DNA from: Octopus bimaculoides | Taxonomy: Eukaryota | Reading direction: 5' to 3' | Length of the DNA stretch: 64,000 nt | Assembly (NCBI RefSeq): GCF_001194135.2 | Contig: NC_069006.1 | Span: 3,661,744 to 3,725,743 of the forward strand | Shown here: in pieces, positions 1-12,887 of the stretch | How positions within the stretch are numbered: position 1 is the first letter of the stretch | How the letters are laid out: each line of letters begins with the position of its first letter | Made by a program: the position numbers and the translations under genes | The notes under the pieces: generated by a model | Seen by the model: only the letters and a program-made list of their open reading frames with translations | Database searches by the model: none | Told to the model about the DNA's origin: nothing

Positions 1-6
1 ATAGTG

Positions 7-233
7 CAGCGGTTCTCAGCCAGGGTCCATATAGGATTTAGTTAAAACTTGTGTGCAATAAACTGCTACAATACACAAAATATTTTAATTTTTCTATACA
101 ATTCCTAACAATATCTAATTATAAACATATTATAGGATTTTTTTAAACATTGAATGGCTACAAGGGTCCATCTAAGTAAAATAGGAAATCAAAAGGGGTC
201 CATAGGGAAAAATAAAATGGCTGAGAAACACTG
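7..233. mobile_element. hAT(Charlie)-like MITE
   Basis: TIRs CAGCGGTTCTCAGCC (7-21) and GGCTGAGAAACACTG (219-233), 13/15 match, CAGTGGTTCTC-type end; no matching TSD seen. Confidence 0.6.
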
Positions 234-3200
234 ACCGAATATGACCCTCCAGTCTAATTCCAGTAGCAATTGATCTGTGTAACATAATGCAATAACGTGG
301 TCACCTGACAAACTGTAGAGGTTAAACATTCAATTACATTCGGAACATCTTCAGCAGACGATGCAAATAATCACAAGAATGAGATGCATGCAGTGAATAA
401 ATAACATAAGCTGCAACTCGTGTTTTATCAGGTCTCCCATAACACACACACACACACACACGTTAGTTTAGCAGAAATAAACTGCTTCTGACAGGTGATG
501 AATGTCTAAGCTGGTTTTCAATGCAAACACTAACTGTTGGTTGCCATACACTGCCTTTTTTTTTGTTGTTAATTTAGGGAGGAGGAGGGGGGAAGATAGA
601 TTTGTCACCATTAAGCTGATGTTTGAAACAAATTAGCATGAAACTCTGATGGAAGGTCTAAATCTATGATCCCTTTCAAACAGGAAATTTGTCACACAGA
701 ACCACACAAAGGGCAGTTTCAGGAATATTGGTATCAAAAGGAGTAAACGTTTTAACCACACAATCTCACCTGTACCCGAATATTTACAAAAATTCATGCA
801 CAAGCTGCATCTAATTTCATCCTTTAAAAAGTGCAGCGTTCGTATGAGCTTTAAGAGTGTACCATGCATTATTCAACAATCGATCAGGTTCATATAACTT
901 GGCTTACTCTGAAGAAACATGAGGGAAACTGAGAAAAAAATTAACAAAACAATCTAATGGGAAGGGAAATAATTGTCCTTAGGAGATAGGTTATTTCCCT
1001 TTATCGAGTAAAACTGTTACTGGTTGAATGCATGATATATGAGGTATTTTAAGTTCGTTGTGTCAACACAATGCCAAAAACAAGATACTCTACATAGAGG
1101 TAGTCGTGTAAGTGGAGATGCATTCATTTATTAAAAAATGTCTGGCCTTGAGTTCAGAAGGTAGGTGCAGTTCTTTGATCTAATATGGACGAGTGTTCCT
1201 TCAGCTATACACAGCCTGCACTTATTTGATACACACACACACCTAAATTTGACTGAAATTGATGGGAGAGTGTTTGGCCAATCAAATTCGCAAAGAGCCA
1301 TAAAAGCTTAGATTTGGGAGTTCGATTCTGCCTGAGGTTAGATCATCATTTTTCAGTTATTTGTTTACATTTAGAAATTGTCGCTTCAAATCGGAGAACA
1401 AATATTATTTATGATATATAATTATATACAGTTATTATACTATGAGCCTTCCATAGTAGCTTTTTCTCCGTAACTTGCAAAGCCTTTCGGGTTTGTTTAT
1501 AAAAATATTTGTGTGTGTGTGTGTGTGTGTGTTATATGCAACAAAAGCAGTATTAGATAACAATAATCATCCGTCTACTTCATAAAAAGGCCAATTAACT
1601 GTAGTATTCATCCAGGGCTATCTTTTATGGATGAAGCACAGATGCATCAGTATCAGATGACAATCATCCAGCACTATCAGTGACAATGGTAAATGCATAT
1701 TTCTGCCTCTTGCACTTTGCCAACTGCGTTTTAAGACTATGAACACTGAAACTTTGTAAAATCTACAATTATCAGTGTAATAATAAAAGAAATATTTGTG
1801 AAAACTGTTCAATAATTAATGAAACAAAAATTGTGATTAAGCACACAGGAGGTCCACTTTCACTGGATTGCTTCCATTCAAATGTAAATAGTTAAATGTA
1901 TAAAATTCAAGTTTGCTGTTTAACTCTTTTTATAGCAAAATGCTTGATACTACACTTAGTTTGATCGTACCAACTTCTGAAACAATTTAAATTAAAACTT
2001 ACACCAAATTTTAGATGTTAATTTATTCTAGCTTAAATAATGATAAAGTTAAAGTGATCTAAATTTCAACCTTCCATCAAAATTTCATGTAAATTTGTTC
2101 AAGGCATCAGATTAAAAATGAGTTATTTTACTAAATTTTTCATAATATTCAATATGATAAAAGGATTAAGGAAATGCTAGCAAGCAGAACTAAATTTTAG
2201 TCCTTCCTTGAACCAGGTTAAAAATTTCTCTACTTATCTGGAGCAATTCCCATCTGCTAAACTGACTGGATTTACCTACACAACAAAGAAGTTTACACTG
2301 GAGACAACATTCATAAAGTTACGGCACCCCTTAGCAGTTGTGGTTTGAACCAACTTTAAATGGAATGTGGAGAAAGGAAAGATTTAGTAGTTAAAAAATG
2401 TTGAATAGTTTTGTAAATTTGGCCAAAATATTCTTCATCAGAAATTAACATAAAAGACACACAGGAGCAATTTACCCAGTAAGATGACTCCAAAACAGAT
2501 TTACATATCGAAACAGGTAATATTACATACACACATAAAAAAAAAAAATAACAAACTCATCTTTTTTTTTTGTTTTTTTTTTTTACTTTGACATGGACAG
2601 TTGTTATGAAATGTGCAGTACAATTCATNNNNNNNNNNNNNNNNNNNNNNNNNNNNNNNNNNNNNNNNNNNNNNNNNNNNNNNNNNNNNNNNNNNNNNNN
2701 NNNNNNNNNNNNNNNNNNNNNNNNNNNNNNNNNNNNNNNNNNNNNNNNNNNNNNNNNNNNNNNNNNNNNNNNNNNNNNNNNNNNNNNNNNNNNNNNNNNN
2801 NNNNNNNNNNNNNNNNNNNNNNNNNNNNNNNNNNNNNNNNNNNNNNNNNNNNNNNNNNNNNNNNNNNNNNNNNNNNNNNNNNNNNNNNNNNNNNNNNNNN
2901 NNNNNNNNNNNNNNNNNNNNNNNNNNNNNNNNNNNNNNNNNNNNNNNNNNNNNNNNNNNNNNNNNNNNNNNNNNNNNNNNNNNNNNNNNNNNNNNNNNNN
3001 NNNNNNNNNNNNNNNNNNNNNNNNNNNNNNNNNNNNNNNNNNNNNNNNNNNNNNNNNNNNNNNNNNNNNNNNNNNNNNNNNNNNNNNNNNNNNNNNNNNN
3101 NNNNNNNNNNNNNNNNNNNNNNNNNNNNNNNNNNNNNNNNNNNNNNNNNNNNNNNNNNNNNNNNNNNNNNNNNNNNNNNNNNNNNNNNNNNNNNNNNNNN

Positions 3201-3599
3201 NNNNNNNNNNNNNNNNNNNNNNNNNNNNNNNNNNNNNNNNNNNNNNNNNNNNNNNNNNNNNNNNNNNNNNNNNNNNNNNNNNNNNNNNNNNNNNNNNNNN
3301 NNNNNNNNNNNNNNNNNNNNNNNNNNNNNNNNNNNNNNNNNNNNNNNNNNNNNNNNNNNNNNNNNNNNNNNNNNNNNNNNNNNNNNNNNNNNNNNNNNNN
3401 NNNNNNNNNNNNNNNNNNNNNNNNNNNNNNNNNNNNNNNNNNNNNNNNNNNNNNNNNNNNNNNNNNNNNNNNNNNNNNNNNNNNNNNNNNNNNNNNNNNN
3501 NNNNNNNNNNNNNNNNNNNNNNNNNNNNNNNNNNNNNNNNNNNNNNNNNNNNNNNNNNNNNNNNNNNNNNNNNNNNNNNNNNNNNNNNNNNNNNNNNNN

Positions 3600-3663
<64 letters not shown>
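3600..3663. repeat. (GT)n microsatellite, representative of many (GT)n, (AT)n, (GA)n, (AAT)n and (CAT)n tracts
   Basis: Seen directly, e.g. 4061-4099, 14915-14945, 38485-38525, 54205-54256, 57565-57606, 62187-62242, 63171-63203. Confidence 0.95.
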
Positions 3664-3666
<3 letters not shown>

Positions 3667-4059
3667 TTAACATACAAAGACACATACATGCACCAGCACG
3701 CTCACACACTTAAACTGCCATATGTACAAACACACAGCCCTCTGCAGTAGTTGGCAGCCGCCACTGTCATCCTCTGCTACTCGCAAAGAATCCACAGATC
3801 TAAATGCAACTATTGCAGGTGAGAGAGAGACAGAGAGCAGAGAGAGAGAGAGTTGTTTATCAAGCTCTGCCTTACTTCTTTATTCAGAGAGCAGCAAAAA
3901 ACAATTAAGACTTTTTCTATGAAGGAGAAACCAACTGATGACATAAATGAGGCTTGTTTGTTGACAAATATACAAGATGTACATTGAAAATCTATTTACA
4001 ACAATTTTTATACACCAACCAACAGGTCCCAAAATGGTTTGAGCGTAATGAAGAGAGAT

Positions 4060-4106
<47 letters not shown>

Positions 4107-5233
4107 TGTCAGGTTCCATAAGAAGTGCAGCACCTGTCCAAACAGAGAGGTTCCAACAGTAACTGATATAACAGGATTAATTTACAGAAGATAGCATCAT
4201 CTTTGTACAAATTCTCTGTCACTCACGCACGCATGCTTTCTCTGTCTTTCATACACACATAAACATTGGCCTTCTCTTTTTCAGAGAATTCTTTTTTTTC
4301 TTTTTTTTTTTCCCTTAATTCTGTTGTAATGAGAAAGACAACTTTGCTTCTTCCGTTAGTCCACTGGTTTNNNNNNNNNNNNNNNNNNNNNNNNNNNNNN
4401 NNNNNNNNNNNNNNNNNNNNNNNNNNNNNNNNNNNNNNNNNNNNNNNNNNNNNNNNNNNNNNNNNNNNNNNNNNNNNNNNNNNNNNNNNNNNNNNNNNNN
4501 NNNNNNNNNNNNNNNNNNNNNNNNNNNNNNNNNNNNNNNNNNNNNNNNNNNNNNNNNNNNNNNNNNNNNNNNNNNNNNNNNNNNNNNNNNNNNNNNNNNN
4601 NNNNNNNNNNNNNNNNNNNNNNNNNNNNNNNNNNNNNNNNNNNNNNNNNNNNNNNNNNNNNNNNNNNNNNNNNNNNNNNNNNNNNNNNNNNNNNNNNNNN
4701 NNNNNNNNNNNNNNNNNNNNNNNNNNNNNNNNNNNNNNNNNNNNNNNNNNNNNNNNNNNNNNNNNNNNNNNNNNNNNNNNNNNNNNNNNNNNNNNNNNNN
4801 NNNNNNNNNNNNNNNNNNNNNNNNNNNNNNNNNNNNNNNNNNNNNNNNNNNNNNNNNNNNNNNNNNNNNNNNNNNNNNNNNNNNNNNNNNNNNNNNNNNN
4901 NNNNNNNNNNNNNNNNNNNNNNNNNNNNNNNNNNNNNNNNNNNNNNNNNNNNNNNNNNNNNNNNNNNNNNNNNNNNNNNNNNNNNNNNNNNNNNNNNNNN
5001 NNNNNNNNNNNNNNNNNNNNNNNNNNNNNNNNNNNNNNNNNNNNNNNNNNNNNNNNNNNNNNNNNNNNNNNNNNNNNNNNNNNNNNNNNNNNNNNNNNNN
5101 NNNNNNNNNNNNNNNNNNNNNNNNNNNNNNNNNNNNNNNNNNNNNNNNNNNNNNNNNNNNNNNNNNNNNNNNNNNNNNNGGAGATTAAAACTTGTTGCAA
5201 GGGAGGGGAGTGGTGTTTTGAAAAGTTTTTTTT

Positions 5234-7011
5234 TTTATTATTTCTTTTATTTATATTTTATGTTCATTTTTTTTTTTGTTCAAATCCATTTATATTTCTT
5301 TTTCTATTATTTTCTTCTTTTTTTTTAAATAGCCACGGGAGCCAACTGCCACCCTCTGAAGCATGTCCTTCTTTTGGGAGAAGCAGCAACAGCTGACCAG
5401 CAGCAGGGTAATGAGATCACGTGATAGAAAGGGGGTGGGGTGCACTCAGCCAGCCTACAGTGTCGTTTGACTATCACTTCAGCCACTCCCCTCATTTTAA
5501 TTACAATATATACAACAGTTTGAGGGGCAGGAGAAAGACAGAGAGAGAGAAGAAAAAAACTCTTTAAAATGCCAAGAAATGAAATAAAAAGTTTGATAAA
5601 AGAAAATTTAAAAAAATAGGGAAGATGAGAAAGAAGAGGAACTGATTAGAAGTGGGGGGTGGAGTGGCTGGCAGGGCACTCTCTCTTTACATACATATAC
5701 ATAGCTTGTGGAGGGGTTGGGGTTTTTTGTTTTTTTTTAAAACATTTTTTTTTCTTCTCTTTCTTTCAATTATATTAATTAAACCAACAAAAATAAAAAT
5801 CTGAACTAAAATTATTAATGGGTCTAGAAAGGGTTAAAAAAAAAGTTTAAAAATAACTATTGAAAGAAATAGTTTTGAGAAGTGTGAAGAAAGATTTAGC
5901 TGCCTTCCAAGAGCAAAAAAATCCTTGTTTACATAATTCACCTTATTACAAGACTGCTCCGAAGTGTGAGAGAGAGAGAGAGAGTGAGATATAGAGAGAT
6001 ATACAGAGACTTGTCACATAAAGCAGTGTATGTATGTAATTATTGTCATTAATCTCCCCACAACGACTGGGGCTTGTAGTACAAGAGGAGGTCGGGTTTG
6101 AGCAGCAGTATTGGTTGAAACCCTGGTGGAGTCACTAAATAAAGGGGTGGGGGTCAGTGTGTAACGAGGCAGGGGGAAGTATTAAATAAATAAAATAAAA
6201 TTTTGCTTTTTTTGTTTGTTAAAAAAATTCACTTGTAACTTTTGAAAAAAAAATTAAAATTAAAAGAGGGGAGGGCTTGTTTTGAAGTTTCCCTGTGTAT
6301 TATAATAATAATATATAAGATCCTGTTGGTCTAGATCTATTCCTCATTCACAAATGTTTTTTTTGTTTTGTTTTTAATTCCTAAATGATGTACTCATCCT
6401 TTAAAGATCTTTGGAAGCGGTATCATTGATAGAAAGTCATCACTGGGAAGACGGAACTCACACACAAACACACTTGAGTCCGTTTATCACTTTGGATGAG
6501 GATTTCACTGAGAAAATAAAAGTCTAGTTATGCAATCAACAGGGACATCGTCGTCGAGATAATCACGCGACCAAACTCTTACAGATTTCAGCACTAGATT
6601 TTTTTTTTCTTGTCCTTGGTCTCCCCTGTAAATCATCGCCAACTTTTCTTTCCACTGGATATATGAAACGTATGCAAAATACAGTGAACATGGTTTGGTT
6701 GTAAATATAGAACAGAGAGAAGAGGAGTTGGTTGTAAGTGGTGGTGGTGGTGGTGGTGGTCACCTAATATTGTCTCCATGACAATTTGGTACAAGAAAGT
6801 CAGCAGCTCTCTGCTGATTCTACTGGTGAGATATCCATCACCTCCATATCATATTGTGTGTTGTCATCGTTTTTGGGCTGATGCTGATTGTTTGTCTGCA
6901 GACAACTTTGATGATGGCAACAACAACAACAACAAGAATCACAGCAGGGTACAGCCCCCTCTTCTGATGACTTTGTGTGGCATGTCAATCCAATATTTGG
7001 CCAGAATTCGA
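5234..7011 (-). other. Probable spen 3' UTR (true end unknown)
   Basis: Follows the stop codon. Minus-strand AATAAA at 5234-5239 and 5246-5251 are candidate poly(A) signals, but AATAAA is common here and the UTR could be longer. Confidence 0.35.
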
Positions 7012-7140
7012 CTAGACCGTGGTAATCACAATCACAAGATGAGCAAAGTCAGATACTTGGTTCATCAATTCAAATCCGGCCTCTCGTAGTTTCAAGCGAG
7101 AAAACTCGCATGGTGGGAAAATATGGACGACATAAGCAGG
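7012..7140 (-). CDS. spen: spen last coding exon: SPOC part 3 (PAYVVHIFPPCEFS...HLVIVITTV*)
   Basis: Acceptor tttttccag, 129 nt ending in TAG; typical SPEN C-terminus. Confidence 0.96.
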   Translation of the reverse strand, partial: PAYVVHIFPPCEFSRLKLREAGFELMNQVSDFAHLVIVITTV

Positions 7141-8409
7141 CTGGAAAAAAATACAAAAGAGATAATTATTAGAATCACAGGCTGAACTAATAAGATTTGT
7201 TTTTTTTTTTCTTGGTTCAAAATTAATTCTTATTTTACAAAATGAAGAAATATATAAGTGAGAAGACCCATCAAGCCAAGTAAAATTGTAGTCGTGGCAG
7301 ATACTGGTGTCATGCAAATGGTACAGGTGCCGGTGACATGTAAAAGCACCCATTACACTCTAGGAGAGGAAACCATGCCAAATCAGACACCAGTCTGATA
7401 TAGCCTGGTCAAAATTACTTTCTAAATATAATTTAAAAAATTTTTTTTTTTAATTTTTCCAGTTTTATTTTACCTTTTTGCATTTTTATAATGCTCAGGA
7501 TGCAGGTATAATAGTCTGAATTATATCAACATTTACAATTTTCCCACCCTGTCATTTCATTTGTATCATATAATCAATCAACCTCCAAATTTTTATGTAT
7601 ATTTATTTATAATGTATATTTAATATAATTTGTAAAGTGTATGTACTGTGTATGCATGAGTTTGTATGTTCTTAGAGCTTTTTTAGAGTCTGTATATATG
7701 ATGTAATTTCAACTTTTCTTTTATATTTTTTTCGTACTTTTCATGTTCATCCGTGCATTTATAGTTTTTTTTAAAATTACATTTCTATTAGCTCTTTATG
7801 TTCTCAGTTCAAATCCTCTTGAAGTCAACTTTGGCCTTTCATCCTTTATGAGTTGATAATACTAATCATGTACTGGAGTTGCCTTGCAGTTTTTCTTTCA
7901 GTACTTTACATTCTGAGTTCAAATCCTGCCAAAGTCAACTTTGCCTTTCATCCTTTTGGGCGTCAATAAAATAAAGAACCAGTCAAGTATTAAGGGTCTC
8001 CCTTAAAATTTCTGGCCTTGGGGTTAAATCAGACAATATTTCCACCCTTCTCCTTCAGTCATCCATTATCACTATATTTTACCAATTATCATCAATTTGC
8101 CACTAATTACAGCTGAAGGGATTTGTGTAAATTACAAAGCACAAAAGAAATAAAATGTGTTGTAAAAAAGTATACCTGCTGAGATTCTGGGTTGGACACA
8201 TTAACGATTCCAGCAGCTTGCTTACTGCTCAGGTAACTTATAAAACCATTGTTCAGAGCTCTAGTTTGGTGCATTATTTCAAAATGGTCTTGGCCATTAG
8301 GCAGGGCCAACAGCATACAATACTCTTCTGTCAACTGAAACAAACATCAAACAATAACACATTAAACCTGATATTTTTTATCCTCTTCCACATACATACA
8401 TACATCAAT

Positions 8410-8454
<45 letters not shown>

Positions 8455-10565
8455 GAGGCATGTCCTATACAGCCATGCTCCCCACTCCCTCTCTCAGCTG
8501 AAAGTCCGTCTTGTGGGCTCACAGGTGCCAGTACCACATAGAAAGCACCCATGCCAGTGTCACATATAAAGCAAATGTGCTGGTGCCCTCTGTAAAGCAT
8601 GCATGCACACACACCACTCAGGCTCCAAAACTACATGGTTTTGGGTTTAGTCCCAGTGTGACCCCCTTGGGCAAGTGTCTTCTACTACAGCCTTGGGTCA
8701 ATCAAAACCTTGTGAGTAGAGGCTTGGAAACTAAACGAAGCCCATCATGTGTGTGTTTAAATTTATATCTCCCTGTCTTGATGTTGCATGATAGTCGTAA
8801 ATGAGTGTCACTGTCACACAAGCGGTGTCCTTCATTTCCAATATTCTGAGAAAACATGTTCGATCATGGGGGAATACTATCTTGCTTGGAAAGAAGGGTT
8901 GGTGACAAGACGGGCATCCAGCCATACAAAATTTTCCACAGTAAACTCCATCTCACCCATGCCAGCATGGAAAGGTAGACATTAAAACACACACAAAATT
9001 TATAATTTTTGCATGGATACAGCTGCTAGTTATAATGTGTTGGATACTGCAATTTATAATACACATGCACTGACCACTTTACAGAATGTACTGGATGTTT
9101 TTTTCCCACCATGACACAAGCACTATCATGTCTTTGACAAGACTAAACATTCCTCACACTGACACAACCCACATCTCTTGCACGTGAGCTGCACATTGGC
9201 AGACTTATCCACTCAACCCATTCACCTGTCAATGTCACTTACCTGCATCCGTTTTGCCACTCCTTCAACCTGGATAGGCTCAAGGCGCATCCGTTGGCTT
9301 ATTCGTAGTGGTTGCATGGTGCAGTCTGAAGCTAGCTGTGGCATAGATGGTGCTATCAACTGCCTATTTCCTGACATTAGGTGCATCTGCACAACTACAT
9401 TATCGTTTTTCAATGCCAGAAGCCCTTGCCACATTATTTCATATTTCTGTAAGGAAAGAGGAAAACAGTTTTAGGTTAGATTACAAATATCAGACAAGCC
9501 ATACATGGCACAACTTGAGTTGTGGAACTCCAGTATATTACACGTAGAAAAAGTCTCTTTACAACATGGTCACTTGACTTGACATAAACAGCAGCCAGTC
9601 TCTATAGAATCGCATTCTTCCATTTTTAAAATGGAAGGAAGGACACATTCAATTATATAGTCCAAGTTGAGTATGGCTGCAATGTCTGATCATGTGGTGC
9701 ACTTAAATCAGGATTGGCCTGAGATTAAACAATAACTACAACAGAACCTTAAATAAAACAGAAACTTCAAATATTAACCCTTTAGCACTCAGATTTATTT
9801 GCCAAATTTGATACTTATTAATTCACGCTGATTTTGTATTAATCATGAATTATTTCCTACTTCAAGATTTCAATGATGTCATTGTTTATATTTAGAATGA
9901 CATTGTAGGGTAGCTGTGAGAGGCCAGATCTGGCCAGTTTGAATATAAAATAGGTAGAATATTTAGGCCAGTTTTAATGCTAAAAGGTTTAACTCACAAT
10001 AGGATGAAACATCACAGAGTCAAGGATCTTCTCAAACACATCAAAGCTGCATAATCAGAACTGATCTGGCACTACACAATACACTACATCTTCAACTATG
10101 CTAATAATATCTTTAATAATGCTTTTCTAAAAGGAATCAACCATTTTGTGTGTTAATTAGAGACATGTAACCATCACCAGGTTGTGGTCAGAGACTGGTG
10201 ACCATCACTTGGTAGTGTGCAAAAAACATAACCATGCCTAGAGTATGTAACTATAACAAAGTAGTATGCTATAGTGACAGGTAACTAAATGATTATTAAT
10301 TAACTAATTAACATTTCACCTACCTTCTGTGTAAACGAAACTTCATGAATCATCTGGAAAAAAGAAAGATTTAAAGTTAATTTTATACCACAGTGATGAC
10401 AAAGAATTGAACATTAAATTTAACGACTGTGTGGTTAAGAAGCTTGTTTCCCAATTGTAAAGGTCTTGGGTTCAGTCCCACTGTGCAGCACCTTGGGCAA
10501 ATGACTTTTATAACATTTGACACACCAAAGGTGTTTGAGTAGATCTGGGAAATGGAAACTTAAAG

Positions 10566-10598
<33 letters not shown>

Positions 10599-11829
10599 CG
10601 CACACCTTTGCTTTGACATTATGGTTGTAAACAAGAAGCTCCATCATGCAAATGGTGTTGTTTCCATTCTTCTGTGAGAAGCATGTCCAACCTTGGTGAA
10701 CTATTACTTGGCTTGAAAACAGGTAAGGGTTGGGGACAGAAAGGGCATCCAGCTGTAACAAAAAAAAACCCAACAAATTCTGCCAGACACATGCAAGCAT
10801 GGAAATTGGACATGATACAATGATGAAGAGGGGATCTATTCAAGCCAAGGTAGAAATTAAAAATATAACAGCAAGGAGTAATCCTTCAGAGAGAAAATTC
10901 TACTTTGTTAAAAAAAAAAAAAAAACTGAAAGAATGAAAGACTTACCTGTAACATAACAATTGTATCATAAGCAAAGGAATTAGGATTAACAATAGACTG
11001 TGGTGTTACTGACAGGTTGCTGTGTAATAACTTCACACCATCAGAATGGACTAAACCAGGTGATCCAGGTGGTGGTTGCTGGACGTGGGCCTTTACAACT
11101 GCTGTTGAACCTCCCGTGGCTTGGTTGGGGTTTGATGGTGGCCGTTTGTCAGGTCGAGATGGTGGCCTAGATGGAGGTCGAGATTCTAGAGCAACGCGCT
11201 CTAGGCCCATGCCATGCTGTTGACTCAGGTATCCTGTGTGTTGATAATGGGGGTGATGTGCCTGAGTTTGAACGATGGTGCCCTCTGGTACAGTTATGAA
11301 GCTATGTGGGGTGTTAGCATAGACAGCAAGCCCGTGGTCGACAGGTAGACGTCCCATTTGAATAGGAAGATGGGTCTGTGGAAAGGGCATGCTGCGAGAG
11401 ACATGCAAGTTGTCTGTTGTATAGAATGGCTGCTGGACTTCATGGACTGCCGGAGGCGAGAAAGCACTTGGAGTAGTTGCTATCTTCTCTGCACGTCTGT
11501 CCGTTGGGTAGACAGATGGATGAGATGACTGAGAGAGCTGAGCGAGCCGAGCCTCCATTGACGCCTGCTGGCTTGCCTTATTGTCAAGAATATAAGTGAG
11601 CCGATGAACGCCACCAGCTCCACTTGAGCTCACTGCTCTCATCTCTACAGATGGACTCTGATGAGCGGAAACAGGAGTGTTGTGCTGGGAATGATTTCCT
11701 TGCGAAGACAACTAGAAATGAAAACATTCAAAATAAGTTTTGTTAAATTTCAAGTTTATAAAACATTACAACAAATGAAATAAACAATGGCAACAATTGA
11801 ACAATTTTGTAACTGCTTCTGATGGATGA

Positions 11830-11860
<31 letters not shown>

Positions 11861-12844
11861 GAGATATAGAGAAACACTAATCAGGTGCAGGGAAGGAGTC
11901 ATCTTCACTGTAAGAACAACAATAACAACAAGAGGACAATTTTGGTTTGAAATATAAATGAATGACTAAATATTTTACTTCAGAAGAGAATCTCTTTTGT
12001 TTCAATATTACAGGTTGCAAAGACATTGGGAAATGGTTTTTCAATTTTAAAATTTCTGATCATCTTGAAAACGACCAACATCATTTCACACTCACTGTTT
12101 CAAAGATTCACAAGAAAGCAATTAAAAAACAGAAAATGATACAATTCTAAATATTAAATGGTTGTGTCTGAGGTTCTTTTGACATAATGAACTGGAAAAT
12201 CGAATTAGAGACGAAAAATCAAGAACAAATTAACAAAATTCTGGCCTGGAAAGAAATTGTATTTTAGAAAGAATTGGAAACTGAAATTTTGCTTATTGAC
12301 TGATTGATATTATATATATATATAAGATACAGGAATGATTTTTTTTTATTCTCAAATGCGTGATAATGCTAATAAATAGCGTGACCAGGATAAATTATCC
12401 ATACATTGCAGAATGGCCGGTAACGTATTTTTCTGCAATGTATGGATAATTTATCCTGATCACGCTATTTATTAGCATTATCACGCATTTGAGAATAAAA
12501 AAAAATCATTCCTGTATCTTCCAATACATTTCAACGCTTCTAAAACAAACTTTGTTTACTCTCATTCTAAGCTGAAGTTAACGTTAGCGCCTTATGAAGC
12601 TAAACATATATCATCATCATCATCATCNNNNNNNNNNNNNNNNNNNNNNNNNNNNNNNNNNNNNNNNNNNNNNNNNNNNNNNNNNNNNNNNNNNNNNNNN
12701 NNNNNNNNNNNNNNNNNNNNNNNNNNNNNNNNNNNNNNNNNNNNNNNNNNNNNNNNNNNNNNNNNNNNNNNNNNNNNNNNNNNNNNNNNNNNNNNNNNNN
12801 NNNNNNNNNNNNNNNNNNNNNNNNNNNNNNNNNNNNNNNNNNNN

Positions 12845-12887
<43 letters not shown>

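Noticed and set aside
2501-5396. Long ORFs in the track (300-400 aa, mostly X), and similar ones at 12592, 33783, 36384, 37390 and 53010
   Set aside because: Artefacts of translating N gaps and adjacent microsatellites.
6800-6988. Cys-rich 62-aa ORF after the spen stop (metallothionein-like or readthrough idea)
   Set aside because: Cys run comes from a (TGT)n microsatellite; it starts at TTG, is out of frame with the stop (readthrough meets TGA after 8 codons), and its frame is closed upstream in the last exon.
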